Shown here: positions 23,301-35,157 of the stretch, piece by piece
Layout of the letters: every line of letters starts with the position of its first letter
How positions within the stretch are numbered: position 1 is the stretch's first letter
NCBI RefSeq assembly: GCF_030684315.1
Contig: NC_081369.1
Coordinates: 9,214,035 to 9,278,034 of the forward strand
Direction of reading: 5' to 3'
DNA length: 64,000 nucleotides
Source: Stegostoma tigrinum
Taxonomy: Eukaryota
Position numbers and translations under genes: made by a program
The notes under the pieces: generated by a model
Told to the model about the DNA's origin: nothing
Databases searched by the model: none
Seen by the model: the letters and a program-made list of their open reading frames with translations, nothing else

Positions 23301-23960
23301 TGCGTCCAAGTTCTCTAAGTGCACCTTTTGGCCTTCTCTGTTATTAGCATGAGACAGGTGAACTGGAGTAGGCCTTGTGAAATGTTCTCCATTGTCTTCT
23401 GAAAAATAGGCTGATGACTCCCAAATTAGCAGTCTTGTATATTTGTGGGTACAAATTGCATCATATGTCTCAGAATCCTCATTTAACCAAAATAGCAGGT
23501 ACGTGTGACTCATGTCCAGGTTCATGGAGGACAGCCCCCACCAAAACACACCAAATTTCCGTATATGTCTTCCATGTGAAGGATTGGGTATTGAGAAGAA
23601 ATTTATCCATTGTTTAAAATCCTCACTGGTGGAATGATTCTTTCACTTTCCAGCCTCCTGATTTCTGCCTCTACTTCTGCACATAAGGCAAACAACACTA
23701 GATGGGCCTTGTGGAATCATTGAATTGTTTTCTGGTCAACATGCAAGGTGGTCTTAGCTCTTTTGATAGTCTTCGGACAGCCCTGAAAATTTAATTATGA
23801 CTTCTATGAGCCAGCCATTTTCTAATCAAACAATGTTGAGCCGATCATGCTGAATCTTTCTCAACAAATTTCAACCGACCAGATTTGGGGCTGAGCGTTT
23901 TATGTCAATCACTGGTAACTTAAGCAATCAGTTCTCATAGGACAATGGAGCTGACTTGTA
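20325..23960 (-). mobile_element. Degenerate Gypsy LTR retrotransposon (pol + split 3' LTR)
   Basis: Integrase EVLVTDNGP (21848..22036), RNase H VLAHYDP...CNAS (22748..23134), RT LDMSHTY (23169..23549). PPT at ~21099-21118 next to an LTR end (TGTAACAAT on -). LTR halves at ~20325-20470 and ~20960-21098 resemble 57505-57737. Confidence 0.85.
20560..20730. promoter_or_regulatory. Dense transcription-factor motif module (IRF/ISRE, NF-kB, CCAAT, RFX half-site, ETS, CArG, YY1, GC box)
   Basis: GAAAAGTGAAA 20627-20637; AACATGGCG 20637-20645; GGAAAACCCC (GGGGTTTTCC on -) 20675-20684; ATTGG 20686-20690; GGTAAC 20701-20706; AGGAAGT 20708-20714; CCTAATAAGG 20715-20724; CCGCCCCC 20578-20585. CpG-rich. 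Confidence 0.5.
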
Positions 23961-23984
23961 CCCTGGATCTGTAAATTATCTTGT

Positions 23985-24640
23985 CAGATTGAATTTAAAG
24001 TGGAAAGATGTGAGCTTATTTACTTTTGTTGGAGAAACAGATTTTCAGAGCATCATTTGAAAAGTACGATAAAGAAGGACAAAGAACAAAGAAAATTACA
24101 GCACAGGAACAGTCCCTTCGGCCCTCCAAGCCTGTGCCATGTGGGGGATGGTACCGATATACACTGGGGCCTGAGTTTCTTTGTCTGTAAGTACTGAAGG
24201 CTAACGTAGAGCTGCAGCAAACCATTGTGAAAGCCAACAGAATATTAGTTGTTTTTCCAAGGCAATACAGTGGGGGTGGGGCGGGGGGGGGTGCAGGGGC
24301 GATGGGGAAAAGTATTGCTTGAATTCTCTAGGAGTTTGTTTAAACTCAACCTGAAGTATTGTGTGTTGTTTTGGTCTCTATATGTCAGGAAACATATTAT
24401 GGCCACGGAGGGAGTACAACAAAACATCACCAAATTTGTTCATGACTGTCCTGTGAAAAAAGATTGGTCAAAATGGGCTGGTATTCTCTAGGGTTTTGCA
24501 GAATAAGATCTCATTGAAGGGTACAGAATACTTAAAAGAATGGACCAGCTAGATGCAGGTAAGATATTTCCTTTGGTTGGGGAATTAAAAACCAGATGGC
24601 ACTATTTTAAAATCAGAAGAATGCTTCTTGGGTCCAAGGT
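23985..24640 (+). mobile_element. Degenerate CR1-type LINE with a short antisense repeat-tail insert
   Basis: LEFSRSLFKLNLKYCVLFWS (decayed LYRSLVRPHLEYCVQFWS) in ORF 24249..24491. Confidence 0.6.
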
Positions 24641-24649
24641 GTTGATCAA

Positions 24650-27165
24650 CATCACCCAGTCATGATGCAACACCATCTGTACTCTTAGGATCAATCGCAA
24701 GATTGTCATTTAACCAGCAGACAAAGGAGGAGCCCATTGTCATACAGAATATAATGGACTAATGAAAGGAGGTGCACTGGCAGCTGAACAACCAGGAACA
24801 AGATAGATGACTACCTGCTGATTCAAACAAAGAATACACCGGTCAACTGAACAGACTAGTCAAGACTTTTGATTCAGTCATTCAGAGTGCCCTGCACACT
24901 CTCCTCCCATGTAATTCCCATGTAGGGGACTTATACTGCATTTAAAAAGATGCTCAAAGCCAACACACCTGGACGTCCCATCGTATCAGGCAAAGGCACC
25001 TTATGAGAGAAATTCTCTGGCTGTGTTGAGGGCATCTCAAAACCAACTGTACAGGCAACATCCAGCTTCAGTTGCAACCCTACAGATTTCTTACAGAAAT
25101 GCAGTACCATAGATCAGAAAACCAGGAACCTTCCCCATCACAGTGGATGTTTTGTGACTCTACGCCAGCATCCCTCACAATGATGGCATTACTGCAGAAG
25201 CCTCAGTCCTCAATACAACCAACTCTCCGTTTCCAAACGCTATCCTACAACTCATCCACTTCAAGCTTGATCAGAACAGCTTCACCTTTGACAGCCAGTT
25301 CTTCAGTGAGACACACAGAACAGCCATGGGACCACATTTGCTCCCCAATGTGTGAACACTTTTATGCATATGTTCAAAAAAGACATCTTTGCTGCACAGA
25401 ACTTCCAACCAACGCTATACACCAGATACATTGATGACATTTTTTGCCTTCAGCCTCATGGCAAGAAATCACTGGAAAAATTATATTGTGATGTCAATAT
25501 TTTTCATCCCAACATCAGACTTTTTATGGCCGATTCTTTAGAATCAATCTCATTCTTGGAAACACACATCTCCAACAGGGATGGACATCTTGGTACAGCA
25601 CTCTACTGCTAGCCTATGGTTAATCTGACAATGCTGCGCTTCTCTAGTTTCCATCCTGAATGTATTAAAACAGCCATCCCCAATGGACAGGCCCTATACA
25701 TACACAGAATCTGTTCAGATATGGAGTAACAAGATGGACACCTGAAAGTGTTGAAGAATGCCCTCATGTGAACAGGATACAATACTCAACTCATCAATCA
25801 CCTGTTTCAACATGCCACAGTGAAAAAATTTAATGACAGACACGAAATGCTTCCAATAGAGTGCCCATCATCTACATGTACTTGCTGGGAGCGGAGAATC
25901 TATGCAATGTTCTTTGCAGCCTTCAATGCATTGTCGATGACAATGAGCTCCTCGACTTATCTTCCCCACACCTCTACCTCTCGCTTTCAAACAACCACCA
26001 AATATTAAATGCACCATTGTTAACAGAAAACTACCCAGCCTTCGGGACAACATTGACCACAACACTATACAACACTGTCAGGGTAGTCTATGCAAGACAC
26101 GTCTGACACTGGAAATGGACACAAACATTGTACACTAGGTGCACGGCAATTACTCAAGTGACTTGGCCAACATCGTATGTCTCACATGCTGCAGGCAAGG
26201 ATGCCCTGAGGGATGGTAAACATTGGCAAAAGTGTGCTGACGCCATGACAATGGCTGGTTGAACATCACACAACAATTGACAGACAGGAATGTTCCCTCC
26301 CAGTGGGGGAACACTTCAGCAGTCAAGGACATTCGGCCTAAGGTCTTCAGGTAAATATCCTCCAAGGCAGGCTTCAGGGCACACAACAATGCAGTGTCAC
26401 TGAGCAGAGGCTGATAGCCATGTTTCGCACCCATGAGGACAGCCTCAGCTGGGATCTTGGGTTCACATTGCAGTACAGGTGACTGCACCACATTATACAA
26501 ACACAAGCAGGCATACATAGACACGCACGCACATACACACACAAAGAAACAAACTGCCCCCCACACACACAGTCTCTTCCCCCTCACACACACTCTCTCT
26601 CTCCTTCACTCTCACACACTCGGTCTCTTCCCCCTCACTCTGTCTCTCTTACACACACACACAAGCACAAGTCTATGGGGTGAATTTGTGTTTGCAGATA
26701 CATTTTATTTCGTTCAAAAGCACACAATTTATACACAGTGAATATGGCGCTTTATAATTTCCTACTTTAGTCATAGCCAATTTGACTTCAAACTAAGACA
26801 CAAACAGATTCTAAACGAGGCCTCATACTTAACATACAGTGTCTGACCTAAAATGTCACCTCTTTTTTGCACTGATAAAAGCATTAGTTCTATCAGGGCA
26901 GCGACTTGAAAGAAATTCAGGGATTTCCATATACATAGTAATCAATTAAAACCTTCTAACTGATTAAAGGTTTAACAGCATCTTTGCTTTGTTTAGTATA
27001 TCCTCATCAATGGTGTGAAGCTTTGAACTTTTGATTATGAATCCTGTGTCTGATATTACCTCTCTCATGAACACCTGACGAAGGACTGAGGCTCCCAAAC
27101 CTTCTGCTGTCAAATAAACCTGTTGGACTATAGCCTGGTGTCAGGTGATTTCTGACCTTGTCCCT
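24650..27165 (+). mobile_element. Penelope-like element, long degenerate copy
   Basis: RT QPTLYTRYIDDIF...ISFLE (25352..25612), GIY-YIG region ~26100-26480, CA/CT-rich stretch 26500-26665, terminal repeat ~27070-27165. Confidence 0.85.
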
Positions 27166-27284
27166 TTGTTAAGACAGAGGGTGGATGATTTATTGGCCAT
27201 CCACAGCCATTTTTGCTTGGGAGCAGGAAGGTATAAAAGTAGCTAGGCTTAAACTGCTTCTTCGCCTTATTCTTCACTCTGTTA

Positions 27285-27475
27285 TGTGGGTTGGTAGCTC
27301 AGTTGGTTGGATGGCCAGTTAGTGATACAATTTGATGGCAACTTTGCAGGTTCAGTTCTCGCACTGGTTGAAGTTGTATAAGGTCCTGGCCTCTCAGCCT
27401 AACCTGAGGTGTAGTGTCCTCAGGTGAAACCAATCATTTGTCATCTCCCTGATGAGAGAGACTATGATGACTTTT
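27285..27475 (+). mobile_element. tRNA-derived SINE
   Basis: A-box TAGCTCAGTTGG, B-box GGTTCAGTTC and short-repeat tail. Confidence 0.55.
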
Positions 27476-28139
27476 TTTTAACATAAACATTAGATATTCA
27501 AGTAAGTCAAATTGAGAGCATCATTCAGGATCAGGAAGGATAATTGGCCAAGGTAATATATGTCTCTCCAATCTGTGTGGGGAATAAGAATTCTGAGGTT
27601 GCGATTTCAAATAAGGAAATTGCCTGTCCTGCAATTCCTCATGCTGCTTTTTGATGCACAAAATGCTAGAGATATTTGACTCATTTCTTGTTTTCATCGT
27701 TTGCAATGGTGACTTATTATCATAGCTATCTATACACAATGAAGACCGTATCAATACACAACTCATGATTTCAAACAGAATTTTTTGAATAGAAAGTGGG
27801 GTTTGTACAGATTGGGAATGAGTACAAGACAAAGAACATACTTTGAACCAAATCAATGGCCTAGCTTTCTTGTATGCTTTTATCCTATATTCAGCAAGAT
27901 TTACTCAACAATGATGCAAAGTTTACTGACAGGCAGTTTGAAATGTTGTTGGCAAATATGCATACACTCTTCGAAATAATGTAACAACCAAAACAGAGCC
28001 ACACTGCTTTAAAGAGAAAGAAAGTTATTGTTTTCTACATTGGTCAACTTTAGTTCAAAAAATTTTTGGTGAAATAGTTATGAATCCTTAAAGAAATGGA
28101 AGCATTCATATCAATTCACAGAATAAGTATTTGAATGTT

Positions 28140-29210
28140 AGTGGATCACTAATATTTATTGCAATTAGTTGGAGTACAACATCAGAGACATCTACTGCAT
28201 TCATACAGGGCATTGGTGTGAACTACCTCAAGCATTTGGTTTCCTATCCAATGCAGAAAAAACTTGTCTGAAAGGTTCACTGGATTGATTCCAGAGATGA
28301 CAGGTAATTCTATGAACTAAAATTGTGATTGTGATTATGAAGCCCTCCTATATTCTCATGTTTCAGAGAAATGTTGTCTGCTTTCATTGAAATTTATGAA
28401 ATGCTTGATAATACCAAGGTAAATTAGGAAAGGGGGCAAGACACTCAACACCTTTACCCTGTTCTGTCATTGAATAAATCATGATTGATCTAATTGCTCT
28501 GAATTCTTGCCTACCTTTCACTTTCTCCATCTCTGCTTCACTTGCCTTTTGAGTTCAGAGTTGTGAAGTGTCATGACTCTGAGGAAATATCCTCCTTGCC
28601 TCTGTTCAAATGCATGAGACATATAGGATATCATGTTGACCTTGTGCAGAAGATTGATGAGGCCACTTTTGTATCACTGTGTACAATTCTGGCCACCCTG
28701 CTACAGGAAGATATTAGTAAATTAGAGAGGGTTCAGAAAAGATTCAGCAGGATTTTGCCAGGACCGGAGGGTTTGAGTTATATGGATAGGCTGAGACTTT
28801 TATTTCTCTGGCGCATAAGATGTGAAGGGGTAGTCTGATTATTGTTTATGAAATCATGAGTGGTATTGACAAGGTGAATATCGAACAGCTTTTCCCATGG
28901 ATGGTGAGTTCAAAACTAGGGGTCATATTTTTAAAGTGAGTGGAAAAAAATTTAAAGAGGGACTCGAGAGGCAACTTCTTTCACACAAAGCTTCTTTCTT
29001 ATGTGGAAATAACTGCCAGAGGAAACGGTAGACGTAGGTAGAGTTACATATTTATTGCACATTTGAATATGTACATGAATAGTAAAATATATCGAGGGAC
29101 ATTGGCCAAACCCTAGCAAGTGAGACTGTTAGATTGGGAAATTTAATTGACATTGACGAGTTGGACTGAATGGCTTGTTTCTGTGCTGCATCACTCTTTG
29201 AATCTATGTG
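28140..29210 (+). mobile_element. CR1-type LINE 3' fragments
   Basis: ORF 28542..28838 (EDISKLERVQKRFSRILPG...SYMDRL), KTRGH region and 3' UTR. Confidence 0.7.
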
Positions 29211-31134
29211 ACCACCAGTTTTAGGATCTCACGCAACAGGCACTACATTTTGCACATGCACCTTATCAAGACTGTCAGGATCTTGTATGTTTCTATCAAG
29301 TTGCCTCCACCTATCCTAAACTCATAGTAAAAGAAGGAAGCAGTCTACCAATGAGAACTGAAATGAGAATTTTTTTTTATCCTTGATATCTTCTGCCTCT
29401 GGATGTTCAATTATTGAGTATATTCAAGATTAAAAATATAAAAAAAAGTTTGAGATCTAAGGTAGTAATTTGCTGTGGAAACAGAATGGGGGTGCATAGT
29501 TCATGTGACAGCTTAGACATGATCTTTCTGAATGTGCATCTGGAAGGCATTGTCTTAAGAATATAAATGTGTCAAGATAGTCACAGTCAAGGAGTGACAG
29601 AGTCTACTCTTCTTAATTGTGGTACATAATGACAGTTTGATTCTCAACAAGTAGTTTCTGTGACAGCGGTCATTCATAAACTTCCACAAGGACCAAAAAA
29701 GTGGGGCATTTATTGAATAAGGAGAAGAAATTAGAGATTCAAGAGGATGCTTGTTTCCAGTTCTGACACTTGTAATGAAAGAGATATTTGACCTCAAACT
29801 ACAGATCAAGTTCAAGTTTGTGAAACCATTCTCAGGTAGAAATGCAAAAAAAAATCTGTATGACCTGTTGGATGGTTTGTTGGATAAAAATGGCTTGCAA
29901 TGGTCATTTTGTGATAGCTTTTCTTTCACATTATGGTCCAGAGAATGCTGTCGTATGTCAATGAAGGGAAAAAAAAGACAAACTATGGGATGATTACTGA
30001 ATTTTGTTTGGGCTCATTGGAGCTGCATGCTGGTGAGACAATCATTCACAGCCTGGACAGAAGGGAAATGTGCTGATTCCTCCTGAGAATCATGTGGCAT
30101 AATGATAGTATTCCTACCTCTGAACTAGGAAACCCAGATTCACTACCAGCTCCGGAGGCATGTAGTATCATCTCTTATCGTGGTGAACTCGGGCAAGATA
30201 CTGAAAATCATGATATGTACTTGTGAGTGCTGCAAAGCTCCCCCAGAGCAGTGGATATATTGCTTGAGGCATCTTGTTATTAATCCAACCTTGGTTCTTC
30301 TGAAAGTATGTTCAATATCCCTATGGTTAATATTTGGTTGTATTGCAGACTGGATTCATGAGACATGTTATCAGATTTCCCTCTTTAGCTGTTGATTTGA
30401 TCCGTTGGCTTAAAAATTGAGCCTACTTCTATTGATAAGAAATAATGCTATCTATCACCTCTTTGCATTACGTGTATCAGTTAACACACTTGCACAGCAA
30501 TTGACGACAAACTAGGATATTTTAAAGCAATTGTCGGCTCTATTTTGCAAGGATTCTGATATTAGACATTCATGGGCATTGCCACTTGGTGTAAATTCCA
30601 GGCCTTCTCTGAGATTTCTTGTCTGCTTATGCAAAGTGCTTGATTGCTGCGAGTAACTTCTTAGAATGGAAACATTGCCCAAACGCTTCCTCATCAACGA
30701 GTTTAGTGTTCTCTGAATACAATTTGAACTTCTCCCTCAAATACTTTGTCTGTTTCCCCAAGCAGCTTTTCCTTCCCTGTGCCATTTCTAATGACTCTCC
30801 TGTCGTGTCAGGAGGTCATTGCTTGAACAGAATCCTTGAAATGAGCGCCAAGGCATTCAGCATGTACTGTATCCATCTCAGCGGACTCACCAGCTTTAAG
30901 TAACAATATAATCCACCAAATGCTTCTACGAGCTCAGTAACAATTAGAAGATACAGTCAGCAACTACTGTGAAAATAGTTGATTCCTTTTAATCCTGCTG
31001 TTAGTGGATACTTCCCATCACTGTATGCTTGTTAAATCAGGTGAAGTTAAGAACGGGTATTGAATAAATTCTTGAGTTCAAAAGTGATGCTTCATGCTGA
31101 TGGATACCAAGATCTATCTACTTATGAAAGCCTT

Positions 31135-31450
31135 TGATTAGATTAGATTCCCTACAGTGTGGAAACAGGTCCTTTGGCCCAATAAGTCCACACCGCTCCT
31201 TGGGCAATCCCACCTAGACCTCCCCCCCCCCCTCCCACCCCGATAACTCACACACCCCTGAACACTACGGACAATTTAGCATGGCCGATCCATCTAGCCT
31301 GCACATCTTTGGACTGTGGGAGGAAACCGGAGCACCCAAAGGAAACCCACACAGACACAGGGAGAATGTGCAAACTCCGCACAGACAGTTACCCAAGGCT
31401 GGAATCGAACCCAGGTCCCTGGTTCTGTGAGCCAGTGTGCCGCCCTTAGA
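31135..31450 (-). mobile_element. V-SINE (HE1-like)
   Basis: V-domain core GGAGGAAACCGGAGCACCC...GAGAATGTGCAAACTCC, B-box GGTTCGATTCC on -, LINE-like tail with (GATTA)n. Confidence 0.85.
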
Positions 31451-34400
31451 ATGTGTTAACGATATCACTAAAATGAAGTATGACATGGGCTGTATCGTAA
31501 GACTGTGTGCGTCACCATATTCAAGTACTTAAAAAAGGGTGTTTTCCTCATTTAACAACTATTCAACAACATTAAAGTCAGCAACATGTTTATTTCATTG
31601 GCATGCACAGGGCATTGCTGTGTTCATTCTGACTATAATGTCTACCTAGAATGTACTCCATACATTTCAAAAAGTAACTGCTTTTAAGAAAATTTACGAG
31701 TTCTTGAGTTGCGAAATGTTGCACATTTCTATTTGCTGTTTTTGCAGACCAAATACTGTGGAGAATATGCTGAAATCTTAAATTAATTTAAAAATCATTG
31801 CGTTGATCCAACTGGAGTATGGCTGTGGTTTTCTAGATGCCTGTCAGTTAAGTTAGACCAATTACTTTCATTTGCATCTACTTTATGAAGAGCATTCCTT
31901 AGGTCTGGAGTACCACCTCACACTGTAATGAAGCAACCATAAGTTAGTGTAACCAACAGTTCCATCAGTGACAAATTTGGTTGGCCTGTGCTTTGAGCTA
32001 GGAGCTAAATTACGATTGCACAATTAAGTTCACGAATGATTATTTTAGTTAATGATGTGATACTGTGTTTACCCCATTAACTCATGCAGTTTGAAGAAAT
32101 TAGTTAAAGGTTAAAGCCCATGCTCGAAACTATTTCAAACCAACGTTGGTTCTTTCCATGTAATTTTAACGGAAACCTCAACTTCCCTATCATGGCTATA
32201 ACTTAAGACTGTGCTGAGATACTGTGACGTAAGAGATATGTTGGGCATTGTGTTTGATTTTCATTACTGTCTCTTGGAGCCATGTTTTGATTATGTTTGG
32301 CTGTTGCAGAAATATTTCTTTCGTTCCCCTTGAATTATCTTAAATTTTTTTCCTATTATCTCCACTTCTTTGGAGAATAGCTGACTTTTGTTGGAAGATG
32401 ATGATTTGCATACATAGATGCTTAATTAGCAACTTCCCTTATTTTGATTGATCTTTCTAGTGTGTACTGGTCTCCATGCTGCAGTAACCGCTACCTGCTA
32501 CAAATTGACCATGGAACGCAAAATGCTGACTGAGCAATGTCTAATATCCCTTCAGAATTCCCATGGGTATTTTGGTGCATCACACAACTTGGGCACAGGA
32601 ACACATCATTTAGTCCAAAGATCAATGCTCCACATATATTTCCTCACATTACTTCATCTCATCTCACCAGAACCAGATCCTTCTATTTCCTGCTCCTTTA
32701 TACTTAGCTAGTTCCAACTTAAATATATCATTTCACATCGTTGAACCACGCCACAAAAAGCTTAATTATCCCTTTTGCAATATTTTCTAACAGATATATA
32801 TCAAGTGAAAAAAAAAATAAAGTTTGGGAAATTTTGTCTTCTCCTTGTCATCCCTTTTGGCGCTTATCAGGAAATGAATCTTCAATTGCTGGAGAACTTC
32901 AGGACAATCTAGGAAAGTTGCCAATTCTCAGGTATTCTAATTTTGCTTCTGTTTGGATGAAAAATGACCAAGTACCGCCTTCGTTACGAAAGACTTGAAT
33001 ATTGGAAAGCTCAAAATAAAGGAAGTTAATATTAAAATTACAACATTCTGTGCTAACACACACTCAGCAGCGCCTGAAAAGCTCAACACAATCCACTAAA
33101 ATTAAAATGAGAAACATAATTGCTGGATATTTGAAATAAGTGAAAATTATAGAAGATTATGGAGATATCGGTGAAGATCTGAAAAATAATAGGTCGGTTT
33201 GATTTTCGCCATCCTAATTCCCCCTTCATTTTAGGGACTCGTTGAAAACTGTTTGGAAATGTTTCATCTTCTGAAATTCTACAATTGTTAATCCTGCTTC
33301 ATTTTATGGTGGTTATTTCATATAGTCTTTTCGAGAGCTTTCTCTTTCAGTTCAGTTTTAGTGACATGATTTCCTCATGTTTCTGTTTACAGAAAGGGCT
33401 GTTCTCTATTTCAAGCAAATCCCGTCCTTATATCAAACAATGTTTGCGAAGCCTGAGGCGTGATTTGATAAACAATTAAAATCAGTAAGACTAAAACTGT
33501 TTCAGAAGACATTACCACGTATGGGGCTGCAGGTCTAGAGGGCATAAATACGAATCCTACGGGTAACTCTGGAGAAACTTCTTCATCTCGAGAGTGGAAT
33601 GTAGAATTCCTTACCATACGTTGAGGTGAATAGAATGGGTACATTTCACAAGAAAATCTATTTGAATGGACGAAGGAAATTTTAAGAGAATTTTCTTTCA
33701 AAAGATTTGGAAGGTGGCTTGTACGGAGCATAAACATGTGGACTGATTCGTCCGAATGACGTGCTTTTGATGAAGTAAATTGTAAAAGCACACTGAAACA
33801 GTGAATGCAAAAGATGGTGTGTAAGAAGTCTGAGTAATGGTGGGACCTGAAATGTCCCCATTGTTTGAATTACTTCTCTTTTAATCGAAAAATTAAGTCA
33901 TTTCTCCCTTTGCCTTCCAGTCTGTTGGTGAGAGGAGTAAATGGGCGTGTGCATGTGCTTGATGAAGGGGTTGCTTGCATATTTTGCTTAGTTCAAGTTT
34001 AACCCTTCCGTTCTGAGGTAGCTGGCCGAAAAGTATCAAGGGTTACGGTGGCGTTACCAGGTATTTTGAATTGGTATTGAGGAAATTCCACGTTGGGTGG
34101 AGGTGGGGGTACTCCAGTGTGTGCAGCTTTTGTGAAGCATTAGGTGTGAAAATCTTCTGTCTGGAGTTAGCACAACACACTCGTGAGTAAAGGAATTTTG
34201 GCTGGAAAACACAGTTCGTTCCTTTTTCTTTCTTAGTACACCCCGAGACACCTATTGCTGTCACAAAAAAACGTAAACATTGACTTCAGTTACAGATAAA
34301 AAAAATTCAGTGTGTGCTACAAAATAAAACCGCTGTTATTTCTGCTTCCAACGCATATCATGATCTGTAGATCTTGCCTACCAACTCAGCATTGAAACCA

Positions 34401-34545
34401 CAAGACATGCAAGCGTGATGGTGAATGATTGCACTTCACATGAGCTTGAGAGAGTGAAAAAAAAAGTGATCGCCCTGGCCCTGCCGTCCAGCTCAAACCA
34501 GCCGGGGATCTGTTGCTCAGCTGGGGTTAGGTTCAAACTATCAGT

Positions 34546-34600
34546 ACGTCCCAAGAAACACAACTTCACCCTATTCTCACCTTGATCCTTCCTTGTACAG
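34546..34600 (+). pseudogene. Pseudogene 2 leader exon (start codon ATG>ACG)
   Basis: ACG-TCC...SQETQLHPILTLILPCT-G|GTACAT. Exactly 55 nt and phase 1, the same as the gene 1 leader, 269 nt upstream of a V exon. Confidence 0.5.
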
Positions 34601-34869
34601 GTACATGTCTTCAATTCAACAACTGCTAGATAGAAAAAGCTGTAAAATGTGTAGGTGATATTAACTATGTATGGGCATGACTATTTATGCTGATGTTGCG
34701 ACAAGCTCTTTATGGAGTTTCTGGCCTTTCAGTGGAAGGGATACATCTGTGCAATCATAACTGCTGCTCCTGAGCCCTAGTTGTTCCCTTGTTTGCTGCT
34801 ACAAGTTCCCGACACTCTGTCGTTCTCTTGTAAATAAATGTTTCGTATTTTTGTTTGTTTTTGCAACAG

Positions 34870-35157
34870 TTGCCGCTCGTATGACTCAATTTCTGCGATC
34901 GCCCAATGTAACAGTAAGACAGACCGTGACTTTTCACTGCTCGTTGCTGCTATTCCGAGGTAGGAACCAAGTCGTGGTGCGTTGGTGGAAAGCTGGTGAC
35001 CAGGAATTCTTGAACTCAAAACAAGATTCCTGGAGAGTGTTTCACATTGAGAACGAAGCCAGCGCAAACCCACAATGTGCGTTTTAGAAATGTTGGCATC
35101 TGTTATTGCAGTTTGAACAGACTGGAAATGGAATCGGCATACAGCTGAATGTAAGCG
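34870..35157 (+). pseudogene. Pseudogene 2 VJ exon, paralogue of the gene 1 V domain
   Basis: Acceptor TTTTTGCAACAG|. Reads MTQ...TVTFHC...VVVRWWKAG...FHIENEASA; after frameshifts NVRFRNVGICYC and TGNGIGIQLNVS. Donor mutated to G|GAGAGT. Confidence 0.85.

Noticed and set aside
27285-27370. tRNA gene
   Set aside because: A/B boxes are present but there is no convincing cloverleaf, and it is followed by a SINE-type body and tail.
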